DNA of 16,592 nucleotides from a virus (IMGVR_UViG_2531839664_000015:1-16592), one strand, 5' to 3'; positions 1 to 7,327 are shown, counted from the stretch's first letter. Notes: generated by a model from the sequence alone, not told the origin. Numbers and translations: made by a program.

Positions 1-21
1 AGCGAGCCTGGAAAATAAGTG

Positions 22-98
22 TGGCGCGTTGTAGTGGAGTCGAACCACTGACCGATTGCTTAGAAGGCAATTGCTCTGTCCGGCTGAGCTAACAACGC
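22..98 (-). tRNA. tRNA-Arg (anticodon UCU)
   Basis: Reverse complement folds as a 77-nt cloverleaf: acceptor GCGTTGT/ACAACGC, D-stem GCTC/GAGC, anticodon stem ATTGC/GCAAT with loop CTTCTAA (anticodon TCT), T-stem AGTGG/CCACT with loop TTCGACT, discriminator G and encoded CCA. Confidence 0.8.
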
Positions 99-111
99 AG
101 AATACCGATAA

Positions 112-191
112 TGGACCGCCATCGGGGACCCGGCCCCGCACCAACAACCCTGTTATGGTGTCGTCTGCTCTTCCTGATAAGCTAATGGCGG
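112..191 (-). tRNA. degenerate tRNA-like element (possible pseudo-tRNA; anticodon arm not resolvable)
   Basis: Reverse complement has a perfect 7-bp acceptor pairing CCGCCAT/ATGGCGG, then discriminator T and CCA, a D-arm GCTT/GAGC and a 5-bp GC stem CGGGG/CCCCG in the T-arm position with a 6-nt loop. No canonical 5-bp/7-nt anticodon arm can be drawn in the 28-nt central segment. It sits 7 and 13 nt from the flanking tRNAs. Confidence 0.35.
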
Positions 192-198
192 TTTGTGA

Positions 199-274
199 TG
201 GTGGCCCTTGCTGGATTTGAACCAGCGACCTGGCGATTATGAGTCGCTCGCTCTCACCACTGAGCTAAAGGGCC
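199..274 (-). tRNA. tRNA with CAU anticodon (Ile2-lysidine type or Met)
   Basis: Reverse complement folds as a 76-nt cloverleaf: acceptor GGCCCTT/AAGGGCC, D-stem GCTC/GAGC, anticodon loop CTCATAA (CAT), T-loop TTCAAAT, encoded CCA. Close to the E. coli ileX/ileY-type sequence as recalled; one A-C mismatch at the top of the anticodon stem. Confidence 0.75.
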
Positions 275-302
275 GAGCCAAAAAATAATAATCAGATGAA
301 AA

Positions 303-1016
303 TCAATAATCAAGCCCTTGCCTGGATACATATCTGTCTGGCGGGAAGCCATAATAGCGGTGAAATACAGAAATAAAGTAGGACCGGCTTGAATAACCAC
401 ATTTTTCTGCTACAGCCTGTCCATATCCATACCGGGAACATAACATATTTACAGCAACACGCATCCGCTCTTCCAGCAACAAGCGACTGAACATGCCCCC
501 TTCATTTTTCAGTTTTGTCTTTAACAAACTCTCACTCATATGCAACTGTAGAGCAATCGCACCAAGCGTCCAGCTTGCTGATATATCTGTCTGAATTATC
601 GCCCTGACTTTGGCACTTATGCTGGATAAACATCCACTTAAAAACAATGACATCCGTTCATCTGTTTCAAACAGAGACAGGCAGGCCATCATAAGAAACA
701 TATCCGTGACCTCTCCGGAAAATCCCTGGCTGGTAATTAAAGCCGCAGCCAACGCAGGATTGTTGGGTTCCAGCAACAGGTAAAGCGGAATGTCAGTCAG
801 ACGAGTCCTCGTCAGCTTATGCTGACTTTCCAGATATTGACTTACGACGGATTCGCTTATATCGACAATTTTAACTTTGCCATAATGCATAAGGAAAAGC
901 TCCCTGATGCATTTGGTGGCCAGAACGACTGAGCCTGGCTTAAGTGACAACGTATCCTTTTCAAGAAAAATATTAATTGGGGAGCAAACCATGATAACTG
1001 AACAGACAACAGCCAT
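303..1016 (-). CDS. AraC/XylS-family transcriptional regulator (prophage cargo; AppY/PatE/Psr-like class)
   Basis: 237-aa ORF with ATG start; C-terminal double helix-turn-helix typical of AraC family (IALQLHMSESLLKTKLKNEG ... VAEKCGYSSRSYFISVFHRYYGFPP). N-terminal region resembles prophage AraC-like regulators such as AppY (recalled). Confidence 0.8.
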   Translation of the reverse strand: MAVVCSVIMVCSPINIFLEKDTLSLKPGSVVLATKCIRELFLMHYGKVKIVDISESVVSQYLESQHKLTRTRLTDIPLYLLLEPNNPALAAALITSQGFSGEVTDMFLMMACLSLFETDERMSLFLSGCLSSISAKVRAIIQTDISASWTLGAIALQLHMSESLLKTKLKNEGGMFSRLLLEERMRVAVNMLCSRYGYGQAVAEKCGYSSRSYFISVFHRYYGFPPDRYVSRQGLDY

Positions 1017-1151
1017 TATAATTTTACTTTCATTAGCAATTGGTTAGCTCAATTATAGCCCCAAAAGGTAAATTATCATCAACACATAAGCAAAGGACTG
1101 ACAGGTGCCGCCCCCCCCACCAGCCGCCCATTTACCACAAATAAAAAGCCT

Positions 1152-1349
1152 TCAGGACTGAATGCGTCTGTAACAACCGCACTGATAGTCTGCCAGACCC
1201 GCCATAACCAGCTGGGTCAGTATTAACTGGCAGCGTTCGCGTGAAAGGTAAGTATTCTGCGCAATCTCCCCGACTGTCGCCGGGTCGGTAACGCTTAATT
1301 CATTAAACACCACTCTGGCGGTTTCTGTCATATCCTGCTGTTTTAGCAT
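1152..1349 (-). CDS. small hypothetical protein (65 aa)
   Basis: Taken from the internal Met (MLKQQDM...) of the 106-aa track ORF, which has a GGGA-type ribosome-binding site. The long start at 1472 directly abuts the U-tract of a terminator hairpin with no RBS. No recognisable family. Confidence 0.4.
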   Translation of the reverse strand: MLKQQDMTETARVVFNELSVTDPATVGEIAQNTYLSRERCQLILTQLVMAGLADYQCGCYRRIQS

Positions 1350-1472
1350 GTCTTTTTCCCTTTTCCGGTTAACGTGACATACCAATAACTCTTGTCGAAA
1401 AAGCCAGCAAGTTGAAAGACCGGTATTAGCAACCACCAGCGCGTTTAACGCCCCGTGCCGTTTTTCAGTCAT

Positions 1473-1497
1473 AAAAAAACCCGCAAAAAGCGGGCTC
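1473..1497 (-). terminator. intrinsic terminator downstream of the Q-slot gene (tR'-like position)
   Basis: On the minus strand, hairpin CCCGC-UUUUU-GCGGG is followed by a run of seven U (plus-strand AAAAAAACCCGCAAAAAGCGGG). Confidence 0.6.
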
Positions 1498-1573
1498 TTT
1501 CAAATGTCCATGTCTGCTATTCGCCTCGCGGTACAGCTTTGCGAAGCTTACCGGAATTGAAGCAGTTTTTACG

Positions 1574-2140
1574 TCAAAAAGCAATAACTTTTTTCTCTAT
1601 ACCAAAAGCCATAACCATTGGTTTGTACAAAATAAATTCTGCCACCTTTAGCCAATGCTCAATGCGTCTTTCACAGGTTCTTAAACTCCATTCCGGATGT
1701 GCATCATTCAGCAATTCAGCCATTTTGCGCTTAGTCATCCCCCGCCCCACATAACGCTGACTCAGAACATTGAGCAGCCCGGGATAACCTGCCAGTACTT
1801 CACCAATAACCCTGTCGATTATTAACGCCTCTGAATCGGTACAATGTGCCAGCCAGCTTTTTTGATTGCCGTTGATCATATCCCGCAAAAAAGCCTCAAG
1901 TTCAGGTTTGTCCAGACCCGCTTTTTTCATCCTCCGGAGCGCCTCGTTAATTGCCGTTTTTGTCAGCTTTTTAGAGGTCAGTAATTGGTTGAACATATTT
2001 CCCGTCTTACCGTCGCCAATATACGACCAACGCCCCCACATACGCAGTTTCCCCTGGATCCAGACACTTTCCAGCGTTTTCAGGCGTAAATGCTCACCGC
2101 TTTTGCCTGTAATTTCCGGGTATATCATATTTATGCTCAC
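1574..2140 (-). CDS. phage protein in the Q (late antiterminator) slot; family unverified
   Basis: 188-aa ORF immediately after rusA with a GTGA stop/start overlap at 2137-2140 (alternative ATG at 2128), followed about 75 bp later by an intrinsic terminator. That position matches Q in lambdoid phages. The sequence does not match lambda Q as I recall it; it may be a DUF1133-like protein. Confidence 0.45.
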   Translation of the reverse strand: MSINMIYPEITGKSGEHLRLKTLESVWIQGKLRMWGRWSYIGDGKTGNMFNQLLTSKKLTKTAINEALRRMKKAGLDKPELEAFLRDMINGNQKSWLAHCTDSEALIIDRVIGEVLAGYPGLLNVLSQRYVGRGMTKRKMAELLNDAHPEWSLRTCERRIEHWLKVAEFILYKPMVMAFGIEKKVIAF

Positions 2141-2496
2141 TCACTTTCAATTTTGTAAATCTTCACGCCCAGCCGCCCACCAGAAACGAGCTGGCCGCGC
2201 ACAATATTGATTTCATCAAACTGCTCGTCGTCTATGAGAAGTCCGGCATGCGTCAGCGCATCCAGTGGTGCTTTCAGGATATTGTCCAGGTCACGACGGC
2301 GCTTATCCGGTGGCTCTGCAATAATCTTTATCGCCAGCCTTCCGGACAGGTTTAATTTCAGCCGCTGCTGGCGAACAATAAGTGCCACATCCCGGCGATA
2401 ACGCTCACCGGCTTTTGATACAAAATATGTGCTGCCACGACGTCGCCAGTAGGTGTTCACCGTCGGCGGGTAAGGCAAAACAAACTCTATACGCAT
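2137..2496 (-). CDS. rusA: RusA-family Holliday junction resolvase
   Basis: 119-aa protein with the conserved RusA core (DKRRRDLDNILKAPLDALTHAGLLIDDEQ) and typical length; GAGG ribosome-binding site 6 nt upstream of ATG. Confidence 0.9.
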   Translation of the reverse strand: MRIEFVLPYPPTVNTYWRRRGSTYFVSKAGERYRRDVALIVRQQRLKLNLSGRLAIKIIAEPPDKRRRDLDNILKAPLDALTHAGLLIDDEQFDEINIVRGQLVSGGRLGVKIYKIESE

Positions 2497-2508
2497 CAGT
2501 AACCTCTT

Positions 2509-3591
2509 TTACCCGAGCACGCCGGTTGCAAAGGCGTGATCAAGAAAACGAAAAATTAAATCAACCTGGGAACCATGCTTTTCTTCGAACGCCAGCGGAT
2601 CCGCATGAAGCTCGTTGTGATGCTCCCGACACAGCGGTAGCGTGAAAATATCGTGGGATTTTGTTCCCATTCCGCCCTGACCATGACCAATCAGATGATG
2701 AGGATCGTCCGCTGGCTTACCACAACACGCACACGGCTGTGTCTTTACCCAGCGTGTGTATTTCTCATTTACCCAGCGGCGACGTTTAGGTCGTTTCATG
2801 AAGGATTCCGGAGACTCCGGATCAACGGCAATGCTGACCACCGTCTTTTCCTGTGGTGGGTTCTGTTGCTGGTGGGTGTGAGGCGGTAGCGCAATATTTT
2901 TTGTGCGCTGCTTCAGTATGCTGGTGGCGGTCTGTTCTCCCGGTATGATGTCGCTTTCACGGTATACGGAGCGGATTTTTTCCGCCGGTAATCCCAGAGA
3001 GCGACGCGATACTGCCTCAGGTAATGCGTCCACCACCTGATTGCAGACTGCCCACCAGGATAATTCAGCCAGCGATAATTCCCGCTCCTGCGTGCCATTC
3101 ATTACATGGCGTATGACGTCAATCATCCAGGCTGTCAGATTTTGTTGAGTAAGTTGCTCAAGTGATTCGGAGGTCTGGTCGCGCAGCTGGTTGTCGCAGT
3201 GCCAGCACAACACCATTGCGCCAGCACCGTAACTGTGAATAACGGTTTCGCTGTGATGATAATCGCCGTGTGGCCACTGGCAGGATTTCACGTGACGTAA
3301 TAACCAGTCAGACAGTGCACCAGCGCCGCCAGCTGCACGAATCACCCGCTCATCGCTGAAAAATGGCAGCAGTGATTTATCTTCCGCCAGCGGCTGGCGA
3401 ACAGCAGGAACCGCTCCAGATGGCAGCGCCCGCATGTTTTTCGGTTCCGGCTCCACCAGCACCCTGCCGCGATGAAAAACTGGCAATGATTCACGACCGG
3501 GCTTAAGGACCACCAGCCCGAGTTCCGGAACCAGAACAGGTCGAAGTAATACCCGCACATTACCTCCAGACGCGCTGACGGTAGCAGGCAT
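2509..3591 (-). CDS. DUF968 (YdfU-like) prophage protein with C-terminal HNH-like zinc-finger motif
   Basis: Conserved N-terminus (VLLRPVLVPELGLVVLKPGRESLPVFHRGRVLVEPEPKNMRALPSGAVPA) and C-terminal CACCG...DDPHHLIGHGQGGMGTKSHD...LCREHHNELH. The track start at 3612 is a GTG; the first ATG is at 3591. Confidence 0.8.
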   Translation of the reverse strand: MPATVSASGGNVRVLLRPVLVPELGLVVLKPGRESLPVFHRGRVLVEPEPKNMRALPSGAVPAVRQPLAEDKSLLPFFSDERVIRAAGGAGALSDWLLRHVKSCQWPHGDYHHSETVIHSYGAGAMVLCWHCDNQLRDQTSESLEQLTQQNLTAWMIDVIRHVMNGTQERELSLAELSWWAVCNQVVDALPEAVSRRSLGLPAEKIRSVYRESDIIPGEQTATSILKQRTKNIALPPHTHQQQNPPQEKTVVSIAVDPESPESFMKRPKRRRWVNEKYTRWVKTQPCACCGKPADDPHHLIGHGQGGMGTKSHDIFTLPLCREHHNELHADPLAFEEKHGSQVDLIFRFLDHAFATGVLG

Positions 3592-3832
3592 GTGTCCGTG
3601 GCAGATGTGCACGAACAGGAAGATATACAGAAACGGTCCAGGTCAGACGATCAGCGTTCAGACTCCGCTCCACACGGACACCGCGACGCAGATACGCCTC
3701 TTGAAGCATATCTGCCTCATCGATCGTACAGAACAGATAGTGAAACCAGCCATACTGAGGCGCACGAAAACGCCTCCCCTGCTTAATTTCCGGGTCGGCT
3801 TCAGAATTGTGGGATTTTATGTGTTGTGTCAT
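3560..3832 (-). CDS. hypothetical phage protein (90 aa)
   Basis: ORF with ATG preceded by GGAGA at 5-nt spacing; its 3' end overlaps the DUF968 start by about 32 nt. No recognisable family. Confidence 0.5.
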   Translation of the reverse strand: MTQHIKSHNSEADPEIKQGRRFRAPQYGWFHYLFCTIDEADMLQEAYLRRGVRVERSLNADRLTWTVSVYLPVRAHLPRTHACYRQRVWR

Positions 3833-3905
3833 CGGATTCTCCGGTGACAGCAGGTGTCAGTTGTTCAGGCTGACTGCGCGAATTGTAAGGCAATACGCCG
3901 GAATG

Positions 3906-3936
3906 TACAAACAGAAAACCCGTCAGTAAGACGGGC
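3906..3936 (-). terminator. intrinsic terminator downstream of the BOF/YgiW-like gene
   Basis: Minus-strand hairpin CCCGUC-UUACU-GACGGG followed by UUUUCUGUUUGU, 18 nt after the stop codon. Confidence 0.6.
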
Positions 3937-3953
3937 TTAACAAGCAGGGGCGG

Positions 3954-4298
3954 TTACTTTAATAATTTCAGTGCCTTTACATCAACTTCAACACTGCTCA
4001 GGTCTTTATCAATTTCACCCTCAATTCTTACTTTGTCTTTCGGAGAAACATTCTGCCCGGCCCATACGCTGTCATCAATATCCGTGACAATTGTCCCGCT
4101 ATTGTCACGAAACTCATAACGTTCATCACCCACTTTTTTAACGATGCTCCCTTCAAGGATAACCCATGCATCATCCTTCAGTTCTTTTGCCTGCGCTACT
4201 GTTGAACGCTCTGCTTCTGGCCCCTGGAAACCACCCTGCTGTGCAAAAGCGCCAAAAGACACACCGGAAATAAGTGCTGCAATCAATACCTTTTTCAT
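3954..4298 (-). CDS. YgiW/YdeI-family (BOF, OB-fold) periplasmic stress protein; prophage moron
   Basis: 114 aa with an N-terminal signal peptide (MKKVLIAALISGVSFGAFA) and a BOF-type core (TVAQAKELKDDAWVILEGSIVKKVGDERYEFRDNSGTIVTDID...). AGAGGA ribosome-binding site and its own terminator. Confidence 0.85.
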   Translation of the reverse strand: MKKVLIAALISGVSFGAFAQQGGFQGPEAERSTVAQAKELKDDAWVILEGSIVKKVGDERYEFRDNSGTIVTDIDDSVWAGQNVSPKDKVRIEGEIDKDLSSVEVDVKALKLLK

Positions 4299-4417
4299 TC
4301 ATAGTCCTCTTTCAGAGATGAACATTCAAACAGCATTTTCAGTATGGTAAAGCGCGGGTGCGTTGAGGATGCCTGACACATCAGAGGTGGCGGGAGATTA
4401 CTCCCCCGCCTGGTCTC

Positions 4418-4573
4418 TTACTTCTCAGATTCGTAGTCTACGAAGACAGCGACCTCCGTCTGACCGGTTCGGATTCGCACCTCGCAGAGGTCTTTCCTCG
4501 TTACCAGTGCCGTCACTATGACGGTTAAACAGATGACGATCAGGGCGATTAACATCGCCTTTTGCTGCTTCAT
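4418..4573 (-). CDS. hok: Hok/Gef-family type I toxin (51 aa), HokD/RelF-like
   Basis: MKQQKAMLIALIVICLTVIVTALVTRKDLCEVRIRTGQTEVAVF... carries the Hok signature (single transmembrane segment, conserved Cys, RTG..EVAVF) and is near-identical to Qin prophage HokD as recalled. The track ORF extends 19 codons upstream in frame. Confidence 0.9.
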   Translation of the reverse strand: MKQQKAMLIALIVICLTVIVTALVTRKDLCEVRIRTGQTEVAVFVDYESEK

Positions 4574-4863
4574 AGCCTGCTTCTCCTTGCCTTTCGGCAC
4601 GTAAGAGGCTAACCTACATGTGTTCAGCATGGATTGAGCCTCAGATTAATGTTAAGCGTCTTGCAGGACGCGTAATGTTAACTGGGGCTTTTCTCTATCT
4701 GCCGTTGGTGTTCATGCCCGAGGCAGATAGCCTCAAGCACCCGCAGCAATTCTACTTAACTATCCTTTTCCCGCAAACCGTTTTTATCCCCAGCGGCAAA
4801 TCGAATACACCACCAGCGCCACCGCCATCGCAATTCCTACCGTTGTGAATGCTTCAGGCCAGG

Positions 4864-5421
4864 TCATTGATTCACCTCCTGCGGCGGTTCTGGTCGCGAC
4901 ATCCAGTGGGTTGCTTGCCTAAGATCATTACCCGGACTAACTGCTATACCTCCGCGCCGGAACGTGCCTCCGAGATAGCGTGCGGAATATATTAATGGCC
5001 CAGCCTCGCTATCGATATTCATCGAAATAAGCACGTTCTGGCTCTTTTCAGGCATTCGCTCAGTACAGCTTATCCAGCCATCCAGAGTTATCGGAGATCT
5101 GGTTGACGTTTCCGAGATTTCCCGAAAATTGTTGGTTGACGAATTCTTATTTTCCCGAAAGTTTCCGGCCTGAAGCATGGCGACGCGGCAGGCGTTCCAG
5201 CCATCAGCATATGTTTTAGTTACACCGTCGAGATGGCAGGTAAGCAAATCCATTTCATCAGGCACTACCATTGCTATCGGCTCTGCTTCCAGTGATGCCA
5301 GCGCGATACGAAACACATTAGCCAGCAGGCTGTCTGAAGACTTGTTATCGTGCGCCGAGTCGCTCAGGAAGCCTGTGATGTATGATTTAATCTCCGCGCG
5401 TTCTCTGGTAATAGTGCTCAT
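4864..5421 (-). CDS. DUF551-domain phage protein
   Basis: The C-terminal region (DGWISCTERMPEKSQNVLIS...IYSARYLGG...ATHWMSRPEPP) matches the DUF551 pattern as recalled; ATG with AAGGA ribosome-binding site. Confidence 0.65.
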   Translation of the reverse strand: MSTITRERAEIKSYITGFLSDSAHDNKSSDSLLANVFRIALASLEAEPIAMVVPDEMDLLTCHLDGVTKTYADGWNACRVAMLQAGNFRENKNSSTNNFREISETSTRSPITLDGWISCTERMPEKSQNVLISMNIDSEAGPLIYSARYLGGTFRRGGIAVSPGNDLRQATHWMSRPEPPQEVNQ

Positions 5422-5422
5422 A

Positions 5423-5641
5423 TCAGTTTTCCTTATACGGATTAATTTTATTGTGCAGTGCGCTGAATGATTCCCATGTCACATCGGTATATAGCTCAAT
5501 AACTGGTTCAAATGTCCTTCCAATTATCCAGACCAGTAATAGCGGGGATATCGGTATCATCAACACTATAAACAGAATGAAAAACAGAAACTCTGTTGTT
5601 CTGCTCTTTCGTGGGTAATTTTTTTCTAAATAATGTTTCAT
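5423..5641 (-). CDS. small membrane protein (72 aa, one predicted transmembrane helix)
   Basis: Hydrophobic stretch FLFFILFIVLMIPISPLLLVWIIG; stop lies 1 nt from the DUF551 start. A GC hairpin with GAAA loop sits between an AGGAGG and the ATG. Confidence 0.5.
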   Translation of the reverse strand: MKHYLEKNYPRKSRTTEFLFFILFIVLMIPISPLLLVWIIGRTFEPVIELYTDVTWESFSALHNKINPYKEN

Positions 5642-5768
5642 TTCTTACCGCCCTTTCGGGCGGCCTCCTGATGTTCTGAGGGTGCAGGAATCCCTCCGGT
5701 TAAGGATTTAATAAAAATCGTTTCTGATTTAAATCTTCAGTATTTAGTTGTTAGTTGGTTTATCGCCT

Positions 5769-6080
5769 TTATGCTTCAGCCTTATTTCGCAACCAGACAC
5801 AAACCGGGCCATCTTCCGTATCATGAATGGAACCAATAAACCAGCCATCGCCCTCTGGTCGTTCCGGTTCCCATGCAGAAATATCAGCATCACACGCATC
5901 AAGGTCAGCACATCCTTCATCTCTGAAGCAGAGGACGTATTGAAGATTATTTTCCTCCATCCAGGCGTTAAACTCTTCCGTTGAAATATATTCCCGACCA
6001 TCACAGAATTTTTCATATTCAGGATGTGTCCAGTAGCCATATCCGTCACGAACTACCGGCATTTCTTTAATTTCACTCAC
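5769..6080 (-). CDS. hypothetical acidic phage protein (103 aa)
   Basis: GTG start preceded by AGGAGG at 6-nt spacing; start overlaps the upstream gene's stop in the string GTGAGTGA. No recognisable family. Confidence 0.55.
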   Translation of the reverse strand: MSEIKEMPVVRDGYGYWTHPEYEKFCDGREYISTEEFNAWMEENNLQYVLCFRDEGCADLDACDADISAWEPERPEGDGWFIGSIHDTEDGPVCVWLRNKAEA

Positions 6081-6300
6081 TGTTAACCTCCTGCAACGCT
6101 ACACGATACGCCTTCTTTATCCACGCCTTACTGCCATATAATTTCGTCTTCATAATAAACACACCTGCACGACTCGCCGATATCCCCGGACAGGTTAACA
6201 GCACAGCATCCACCACACGGTTATGCTTCCGAAACTCCATTACAGTACTGCTGATAACCACCTGCCCCACCGGGCCGTAATCCTGATACAGGATTTTCAC
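6073..6300 (-). CDS. hypothetical phage protein (75 aa)
   Basis: GTG start preceded by AGGAGG at 8-nt spacing; GTGA stop/start overlap with the upstream regulator gene. Confidence 0.5.
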   Translation of the reverse strand: MKILYQDYGPVGQVVISSTVMEFRKHNRVVDAVLLTCPGISASRAGVFIMKTKLYGSKAWIKKAYRVALQEVNSE

Positions 6301-6578
6301 GCAGACACCCTCCTGTCGAAATAAACGTAGTTATTCACTATGCGCAGCGGCATGCCTAATTTTCTGGCAATTTCCCTTCTTTGCATGCCTCTCTGATGCA
6401 GTTGCCGCGCCAGCTCAATATCACGCTGAGAATATTTTGCCGACGGGTGAAAATCACCACGTAACATCATGCTGATGCCCAGCTCCCGTGCCTTCGTTCT
6501 CACTGCCGCTTCAGTTCGTCCGATAAGTGCGCCAACGCTTTTTACCTTCATCGTTCCCGCACACTGCCGGAGTATCAT
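6297..6578 (-). CDS. putative small DNA-binding protein (93 aa, helix-turn-helix-like segments)
   Basis: Taken from the internal ATG of the 134-aa track ORF, whose long form would overlap the upstream gene by 91 nt. Two helix-turn-helix-like segments (GALIGRTEAAVRTKARELGIS; MQRREIARKLGMPLRIV). Confidence 0.5.
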   Translation of the reverse strand: MILRQCAGTMKVKSVGALIGRTEAAVRTKARELGISMMLRGDFHPSAKYSQRDIELARQLHQRGMQRREIARKLGMPLRIVNNYVYFDRRVSA

Positions 6579-6610
6579 GATTTCCGCCCGGCACCACGTC
6601 TTCCACCCAC

Positions 6611-7327
6611 TCACCGCTGCTGTTCTCTGGTGGCGGTAATATCCCGGAGAATATCCCGGCACTTGTTCAGCTCCCGCAGCGCGGCGCAGACTCGCTCCCA
6701 CTTCTGAACCTGACCTTTTGCCCGGCGCAGCTCGCGGTTAGCCACATGCAGCGATGGTAAAATCAGACCATCCGGATGCTTTCTGGTGAACGACGGCTGT
6801 GACTGCACTGTGACCGCCACACTTTCCGTTTTTATTTCTTCCTGTGTTTCCGCTTCCCCGACTGGTAACGCAACACCTGCTGGCTGAGGAAAGGCTTTAC
6901 CATCCGTTTCCGTTATGGATGCGGCTTTCGGCTCTGCCGGTAAATCAGCGCCCGGTATGCAGTACCGAAATTTACCGCCCTGATTCACGCGAATCAGACG
7001 CCCTTTGCTGATTGCCATGGCCAGTGATGAATTCGCCCGGCGGGAGGTAATCCCGAACATCAGTGCCAGCTCATCCGCCGTTTGTGGGCCATGATGTTCA
7101 ATCGCCTCAGTCAGCATTTGCGCTGTCACTTTCGGTACCGGTGACACTGGTTCACTTTCACCAGTCTGAGTCAGCCACCACATCGACCCCTTGTTATCCG
7201 CTTCACCACGGCGCTTCAGTTTCCACAGTTCGTTGACAGCATCTTCGCGGCTGATTCCAAGGCGCGATGCCACTACCTGTGAAGAGGCTTTTTTCAGTGC
7301 TTTCAGTGCGTCAAATACGGTTTCCAT
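6611..7327 (-). CDS. phage protein with predicted winged-helix DNA-binding regions (possibly DUF1627-like)
   Basis: The track start at 7345 is TTG; the ATG at 7327 has a GGAGG ribosome-binding site at 8-nt spacing. Two segments resemble winged-helix folds ([52 protein letters not shown]). Family name is from memory only. Confidence 0.55.
   Translation of the reverse strand: METVFDALKALKKASSQVVASRLGISREDAVNELWKLKRRGEADNKGSMWWLTQTGESEPVSPVPKVTAQMLTEAIEHHGPQTADELALMFGITSRRANSSLAMAISKGRLIRVNQGGKFRYCIPGADLPAEPKAASITETDGKAFPQPAGVALPVGEAETQEEIKTESVAVTVQSQPSFTRKHPDGLILPSLHVANRELRRAKGQVQKWERVCAALRELNKCRDILRDITATREQQR

Noticed and set aside
1-300. Shiga toxin or lysis genes adjacent to the tRNA cluster.
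   Set aside because: Nothing of the sort is inside the window; the slot lies beyond position 1 and cannot be assessed.
1350-1472. Long-form start (ATG at 1472) of the 106-aa ORF.
   Set aside because: That ATG directly abuts the U-tract of the terminator hairpin with no ribosome-binding site; an internal ATG with a better context was preferred. It stays possible that the whole ORF is non-coding.
3592-3612. GTG start at 3612 for the DUF968 gene, as given in the ORF track.
   Set aside because: The conserved N-terminus begins near the first ATG at 3591 and the GTG extension adds a His/Cys-rich heptapeptide with no support; the choice is low-stakes and uncertain.
1455-3847. Plus-strand ORFs (1455-1754, 1866-2210, 2207-2401, 2382-2645, 2653-2889, 3590-3847, 3592-3786) and short minus-strand ORFs (2913-3098, 3342-3560) in the late/nin region.
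   Set aside because: They lie antisense to, or embedded within, well-supported minus-strand genes (Q-slot, rusA, DUF968), have no ribosome-binding sites, and have low-complexity or Arg/Ser-rich translations typical of shadow frames.
4574-4630. In-frame 19-codon N-terminal extension of hok (70-aa track ORF), considered as a Mok-like frame.
   Set aside because: Hok proteins are about 50 aa and the conserved sequence starts at MKQQKAM; I could not confirm the Mok frame from sequence alone.
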